Shown: in pieces, positions 54,873 to 64,000 of the stretch
Position numbering within the stretch: position 1 is the first letter of the stretch
Layout: each line of letters begins with the position of its first letter
DNA from: Limnochordia bacterium
GTDB lineage: Bacteria > Bacillota > Limnochordia > DTU080
Length of the DNA stretch: 64,000 bases
Assembly (NCBI GenBank): GCA_050951545.1
Contig: JBMNJG010000011.1
Coordinates: 320,001 to 384,000, forward strand
Reading direction: 5' to 3'
The notes under the pieces: generated by a model
The model's database searches: none
Seen by the model: the letters and a program-made list of their open reading frames with translations, nothing else
What the model was told of the DNA's origin: nothing
Translations under genes and position numbers: made by a program

Positions 54873-56194
54873 TGCTACCCCCTGAACAGCTTGAAGAGGA
54901 GCACCAGCGGTTGGCCGCCGCAAGGGCGGGGAGGGCGGTGCGACGCCACCGCATCTTGGTCTTTGTTGTGGTCGTTTTGGCGGCGATTTCGCTTGGTGTC
55001 GGTGTGGCGTATGTGCAGATTCGCCAGGGTCTCAAGCACAATGAGGAGTTTCTCGACAGTCTGATCCACTTGGTGCCCGAGCGACGACGTGTCAACGTGC
55101 TTCTTGTCGGTGCCGATACGCGTGAAGAGGATACTGGGCGCAGCGACACGTTGATGCTGGTTAGTTTTGATCCTCTTTCGGGATCTGTTGGGGTCATGTC
55201 TATCCCTCGCGATACTCGGGTCCATATTCCAGGGCGGCGCGGATACGACAAGGTGAACGCCGCTTTCGCCATCGGAGGGGCGGAGCTAGCGAAACAGACG
55301 GTGGCTGAAGCACTGGATGTGCGGATAGACTATTTTGTGGTTTTGGATTTTGCTACATTTGAGAAGATCGTGGACACTCTTGGTGGTGTCATGGTCGATG
55401 TTCCAAAGCGCATGTACTATGTGGATAGGGCCCAGGGGCTGATTATCGACCTGCGCCCGGGGTTGCAGCGTCTAGACGGACGCCGGGCCTTGGGGTATGT
55501 TCGTTTTCGGCATGATGCGATGGGCGACATTTCGCTGGTAGACGCAGCTAGTGGTCAGTGCGATGGTCGTGTGGAGCGACAGCTGCAGTTTGTACGAGCT
55601 TTGGCTCGACAAGCTATGAGACCGATGTCCCTGTTCCGCATTCCACAGCTGCTTCGCCACGCGTTCACAGCCATTGACACTGATATCCCCGTGGGCCGGA
55701 TGGTCTCTCTGACTCTGGCGGCGCGACGTGTGAGAGCCAACTCGTTTCACACGTACATTCTTCCGGGGGTTGGTCAAACGCTGCGAGGTGTCAGCTACTG
55801 GGTACCGGATATGGAGAAGGCGCAACAAGCGGTAGATGAGATGGTTTCTGCCGGGGAGATGCGTCCAGTGCGCATTGCAGTGCTCAATGGTTCAGGTGTG
55901 GGTGGTGCGGCGGGTGAAGCCGCGGAGAAGCTACGTCAAGAGGGTTATGATGTTGTTTTTGTCGGAAATGCAGAGCGTTTCGACCACGAACGAACACATG
56001 TGGTGGCACTCTCCGGTGATGTGACAGCGGCAGGAGTTGTGGCCAAGGCTTTGGGTGTCAAGACAGCGAAGAAGCGCAACGATACGCGTGTGAGCGATGC
56101 AGACGTTGCAGTTGTCGTCGGTCGCGACAGTGCATCGGTTTTCGCTGAAAGCGAGCACGAAAAAGGGGGTAGGCACACTGAAATCCGCAGGTGA
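54869..56194 (+). CDS. LCP (LytR-CpsA-Psr) protein with LytR_C domain
   Basis: RSDTLML, SIPRD, YVRFR, RVERQ; VLNGSGV. Confidence 0.92.
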   Translation: MMLPPEQLEEEHQRLAAARAGRAVRRHRILVFVVVVLAAISLGVGVAYVQIRQGLKHNEEFLDSLIHLVPERRRVNVLLVGADTREEDTGRSDTLMLVSFDPLSGSVGVMSIPRDTRVHIPGRRGYDKVNAAFAIGGAELAKQTVAEALDVRIDYFVVLDFATFEKIVDTLGGVMVDVPKRMYYVDRAQGLIIDLRPGLQRLDGRRALGYVRFRHDAMGDISLVDAASGQCDGRVERQLQFVRALARQAMRPMSLFRIPQLLRHAFTAIDTDIPVGRMVSLTLAARRVRANSFHTYILPGVGQTLRGVSYWVPDMEKAQQAVDEMVSAGEMRPVRIAVLNGSGVGGAAGEAAEKLRQEGYDVVFVGNAERFDHERTHVVALSGDVTAAGVVAKALGVKTAKKRNDTRVSDADVAVVVGRDSASVFAESEHEKGGRHTEIRR

Positions 56195-56540
56195 GCGTCT
56201 TGCCGAGAGGATAGCTACGGTCGCCGATGAGAGCCAGGCCAAGGATGTGCTGATCTTAGATCTTCGCGGCTTGACGGCAATAACTGATTATTTCGTGATT
56301 GCTAGTGCTGAGACTACTGTGCAGGTACGAGCTGTGACTCAAGCGGTTGTCAATAACCTAGCGCAGGAGGACATAAGGTATATCCGTCGCGAGGGTTGGG
56401 ATGACACGGGGTGGGTGTTGCTGGACTATGGTAGCGTAGTGGTTCACATCTTTCTGGATGAGCAAAGAGAGTATTACGAGCTGGAGCGACTATGGGGCGA
56501 TGCTCCACAGCGGAGCACTGGAGAGCTGATGACGGAGTGA
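56178..56540 (+). CDS. rsfS: Ribosome silencing factor (start uncertain)
   Basis: DYFVIAS, WVLLDYGSVVVHIF, REYYELERLW. Confidence 0.93.
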   Translation: MKSAGERLAERIATVADESQAKDVLILDLRGLTAITDYFVIASAETTVQVRAVTQAVVNNLAQEDIRYIRREGWDDTGWVLLDYGSVVVHIFLDEQREYYELERLWGDAPQRSTGELMTE

Positions 56541-57325
56541 GGTCACATCGGACACCGTACGCTGCTTTGGCGCCCATCTACGATCTGATCACGGCCGGAC
56601 ATGACTACGAGCGATGGATTGACGCAGTATTAGAGCTGTACGAGCTGTTAACTGGCGATCTGGGTAGTGGTCTTAAGGTTCTTGATATTGGGTGTGGCAC
56701 GGGGCGGGGCATGGCAGCGCTGGTAGCACGGGGCCATCGCGTCAGTGGGGTCGATATCTCTGCCGAGATGCTTGCCATTGCCGCAGAGCGGTTGTCTTGC
56801 ATAGAACCTACACCGATGCTTATCTGCCAAGACATGCGACAACTTGACATGGGACAGGAGCGCTTTCAGCTTGCGCTTGGCCTGTGCGGTAGCTTCAATT
56901 ATCTGCGGTCGGTGTCTGAGTTGACAACCACGCTCGACAACATAGCGTCTTGTTTGGTCGCCGGAGGCGTATTGGTTTTTGATATCACTACGGAGAGGAA
57001 ACTAGCTTCAGCCTATGGCCTCAACCCTTGTGTGGAAGAAGGCCCGGATTATGTGCTGGCGTGGGACAAGGTATGGCAGCCACGAAAACGTCTGTGGCAT
57101 TTTCGGATCGACGTGTTCACGTGTAGCAGTCGGCAGATGGGCACCCGTTGGCTGTGGGCCAGGAATACTGAAGTACATAGTCAGCATGCCTTTAGCCCTG
57201 CCGAAGTGGTAGACGCACTGCGTGTATCTGGCTTTGAACGGGTTGTCGGGCCGCTAGCGGCTTTCAGTCTCGAGGCGGCAGACAGCGATACGGAACGTGT
57301 TTTTTACGCGGCGCAGGTCATGTGA
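56537..57325 (+). CDS. Class I SAM-dependent methyltransferase (YqeM-like)
   Basis: YD..., LDIGCGTG, GVDISAEML, QDMR, GGVLVFD. Confidence 0.88.
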   Translation: MRSHRTPYAALAPIYDLITAGHDYERWIDAVLELYELLTGDLGSGLKVLDIGCGTGRGMAALVARGHRVSGVDISAEMLAIAAERLSCIEPTPMLICQDMRQLDMGQERFQLALGLCGSFNYLRSVSELTTTLDNIASCLVAGGVLVFDITTERKLASAYGLNPCVEEGPDYVLAWDKVWQPRKRLWHFRIDVFTCSSRQMGTRWLWARNTEVHSQHAFSPAEVVDALRVSGFERVVGPLAAFSLEAADSDTERVFYAAQVM

Positions 57326-57420
57326 GGCGATAAAAGGAGCACAGGGTTGCTAGAGGCGTCTGAGGAGAGATAACTCGGGGATTTTCCACGAAGTGGATGG
57401 ATAGAAGGCGACATTGGGTG

Positions 57421-57449
57421 TTGACGCCATACTGATGTGGTGTTAGGAT
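57421..57449 (+). promoter_or_regulatory. rrn promoter
   Basis: TTGACG-17 nt-TAGGAT with TG extension. Confidence 0.7.
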
Positions 57450-57501
57450 GTAAAAGTCGCTGCTGCGGCCAGACCTCTGGCAGGCGAAGCGGCACACTCT
57501 G

Positions 57502-57526
57502 GTCCTTGACAACTAAACAGCGTGCA
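57502..57526 (+). other. 16S processing stalk, 5' arm (pairs with ~59269-59293)
   Basis: TCCTTGACAACTAAACAGCGTGCA is complementary to TGTACGCTGTTTAGTTGCCAGGGA; the equivalent 23S stalk is ~59307-59329 with ~62513-62535. Confidence 0.85.
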
Positions 57527-57699
57527 AAAAGAAGCAAGGGAAAGCGAGCGCCGATCGTAATGGATTGGTAGCGAGCTTGAGAAACCTATGAACACTTCTC
57601 GGAGTAGCAACTCTGAGAGGTGCGAGCTTCTACGAGTAATTTCGAAGAAGCCAGGTAAGCATCCAAGATTATTCCGGTGCCTAGCACCGTAATGATACC

Positions 57700-59223
<1,524 letters not shown>

Positions 59224-59489
59224 GCCAAGGCGGTCAGTCTTGGCTACTCCTAGGTCGGCCCTTGCTGATGTACGCTGTTTAGTTGCCAGGGACTGGAGCA
59301 GTCTTTGCACCTTGACAACTGCACAGAGGAGAAAAGGTGACGATACACACACCTGCCGCGACTGACATCGACGCGGTGAGGTGTGTATGGAGATCGTTTG
59401 ATGGTCCCTCGACCATCATGGCGACTCCTAGTTGCCTGAGGAGACTTACAAACCTAGCGTGGCTCAAAAGAGCACACGCGGGCTTAATC

Positions 59490-62473
<2,984 letters not shown>

Positions 62474-62551
62474 TAAAAGTAGTAAGCTCTCAGGCAGCAA
62501 TCGTCATCTTATCTTCTGTGCAGTTGTGAGGGTGCACAGCACCTGGAGACT

Positions 62552-62671
62552 TTGTCGGTGGCAATGGCGGAGGGGACCCACCCGTTCCCATCCCGAACAC
62601 GGCAGTTAAGCCCTCCAGCGGTGATGGTACTGCAGGGGTAACCCTGTGGGAGAGTAGCTCGCTGCCGGCAA
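62552..62671 (+). rRNA. rrf: 5S rRNA
   Basis: CCCGTTCCCATCCCGAACACGG, GATGGTACT, GGGAGAGTAG; helix I TTGTCGGTGGC/GCTGCCGGCAA. Confidence 0.97.
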
Positions 62672-62680
62672 AACCCTTAG

Positions 62681-62711
62681 ACGTCCCGCCAAGTGCGGGA
62701 CGTTTGCTTTT
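62681..62711 (+). terminator. rrn intrinsic terminator
   Basis: ACGTCCCGC-CAAGT-GCGGGACGT followed by TTGCTTTT. Confidence 0.8.
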
Positions 62712-62789
62712 GCTGCAGCTCACAGGGTTGCCCCTGGGCAACCGGTGCCACAGCTGAGCCTTTGCGAAGCAAAGGCCAGCTGAAGGTGC

Positions 62790-62822
62790 GGGAGAGTAGC
62801 TCGCTGCCGGCAAAACCCTTAG
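62790..62822 (+). repeat. 33-bp direct repeat of the 5S 3' end plus trailer (copy of 62648-62680)
   Basis: GGGAGAGTAGCTCGCTGCCGGCAAAACCCTTAG occurs twice, 142 bp apart. Confidence 0.97.
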
Positions 62823-62904
62823 TGACCGATAGATGGTGTGAAGGAGAACGGAGCCAGGGCGCGGAACGAGTGGCAAGGATGAAGCCAAACAGGAGGCCTA
62901 TGAT

Positions 62905-63882
62905 ATGAAGGTCGGCATTATCGGTTGTGGTACAGTCTCTCAGTACGGTCACATTCCAACCTTGGCCAACATGCCCGGCGTTGAACTTATCGCTCTTTCA
63001 GATGTCAACGTAGAGCGTCTGGAAGGACTTAAGCAGAAATACCAGGTGCCTCACGCGTTTGCTGACTACAGTGAGTTATTGGCCCTCAAGGGGCTTGATG
63101 CCGTGGCCGTGGCCACTCCGCTACATACCCACGCCGACATTGTTTGTGATGCGGCGCGAGCGGGTCTTCACGTCCTCTGTGAAAAACCCCTTGCTCACAC
63201 CGTTGAAGACGGGGAACGCATGATTAAGGCAATGCGGGATGCAAATCGTTTCTTGGGGATCAATTTCAACCTAAGGTTTTCCGATGTGGAGGGACAGGCC
63301 TACGCCTGGAAAAAGGATATTGGGCGTATCAATATCATCCGGGAAGTCTATGTCTGGCATGCGCATCAGTGGCAGAACAAGGAGCGAATGACCCAGTTCT
63401 TTGCCAACGGCGGGCCAGTGGTTGATAGCGCGGTCCACTTCTTCGATCTCTGCGAATGGCTTACCGGGGAGGAGATCACTGGTATTCAAGCCGTAGGCAG
63501 CTTCCTTCCCGATGTGGGTGCCCCGACCCATGTTATTTCTAATCTCACGCTGTCAGGCGGGGTGATAGGACTCGTGGAAGTCGGATGGACCTACACTCAC
63601 AATACTAAGGATCGTGCCTTCCATCGGCGCTTCGACCTGATTGGTGAGCACGGGGTCATTAGCTACGATAACGAATCGGCGAAGACCAGGATGTATACTG
63701 CTGAAGAAACGACAATTCTGCCAGCGCGCGGCGGCAAGGATTTCGTGGCGGTTTATGAGGCGTTTTTCCGAGCCATTCAAGGGCAGGACAAAGGATCCCT
63801 TGCAACAGGAGAGGATGCTTTCAGAGCCACCCGTGCAGCTTTGAGGGTGCTCGATCAGCTCGGAGCCAACCCGTACCGTTAA
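62905..63882 (+). CDS. Gfo/Idh/MocA family oxidoreductase
   Basis: GIIGCG, ATP...H, HVLCEKP, GG..VD.AVH..D. Confidence 0.92.
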   Translation: MKVGIIGCGTVSQYGHIPTLANMPGVELIALSDVNVERLEGLKQKYQVPHAFADYSELLALKGLDAVAVATPLHTHADIVCDAARAGLHVLCEKPLAHTVEDGERMIKAMRDANRFLGINFNLRFSDVEGQAYAWKKDIGRINIIREVYVWHAHQWQNKERMTQFFANGGPVVDSAVHFFDLCEWLTGEEITGIQAVGSFLPDVGAPTHVISNLTLSGGVIGLVEVGWTYTHNTKDRAFHRRFDLIGEHGVISYDNESAKTRMYTAEETTILPARGGKDFVAVYEAFFRAIQGQDKGSLATGEDAFRATRAALRVLDQLGANPYR

Positions 63883-64000
63883 CGGTGTTGGGGCAAGGTG
63901 CCTATAGATGGTTGACTGGCCCTTATTTGAGCATCCTTTATGGCCCCGTGTTACTCATTGTCACTGTCCTGTGGTATAAGGTGTTTGCTCATGCTTTCGC

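Noticed and set aside
62758-62770. GCCTTTGCGAAGC resembles the repeat core GCCTTCGCGAAGC (12/13)
   Set aside because: Too short and GC-rich to separate from chance or a generic GAA-loop hairpin.

Overview
A mostly core-genome window from a GC-rich, endospore-forming Bacillota. The lineage is probably deep-branching; this is inferred from spoIID/spoIVFB, CIRCE, a T-box, minE and L27 without Prp. Gene order: aminotransferase end, TIM-barrel/aldolase fusion, DUF369-like, comB, groESL, hpt, guaA, hisD-B-A-I, dac-LysM, CNNM/CorC, pcrA, dac, ligA, gatCAB, lgt-like, [accessory island], T-box-valS, folC, SPOR, spoIID, mrp, trxB, sat, JAMM, maf, radC, mreBCD-mrdA-minCDE, spoIVF, rng, rplU-rpmA-obg-yhbY-proBA-nadD-yqeK-LCP-rsfS-MTase, a tRNA-less 16S-23S-5S operon and a Gfo/Idh/MocA gene. 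Three signals stand out. (1) A ~2.7-kb island (24463-27143) holds a non-coding, palindrome- and hairpin-rich tandem array with an exact 406-bp period. It lies directly upstream of a gene for two winged HTHs plus a Vsr/PD-(D/E)XK-like nuclease, which is preceded by a near-consensus LexA box. (2) GatA has lost its catalytic Lys, its cis-Ser and its Gln-binding residues; GuaA has an altered Gln pocket; and the his operon lacks hisH/hisF. Together these suggest erosion of glutaminase modules and possible direct use of NH3. (3) A 33-bp duplication of the 5S rRNA 3' end brackets three hairpins and an antisense 5S fragment. Two single-base frameshifts (guaA 5' end, obg 3' end) look like sequencing indels. 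Product calls rest on motif recognition and synteny; no database search was run.
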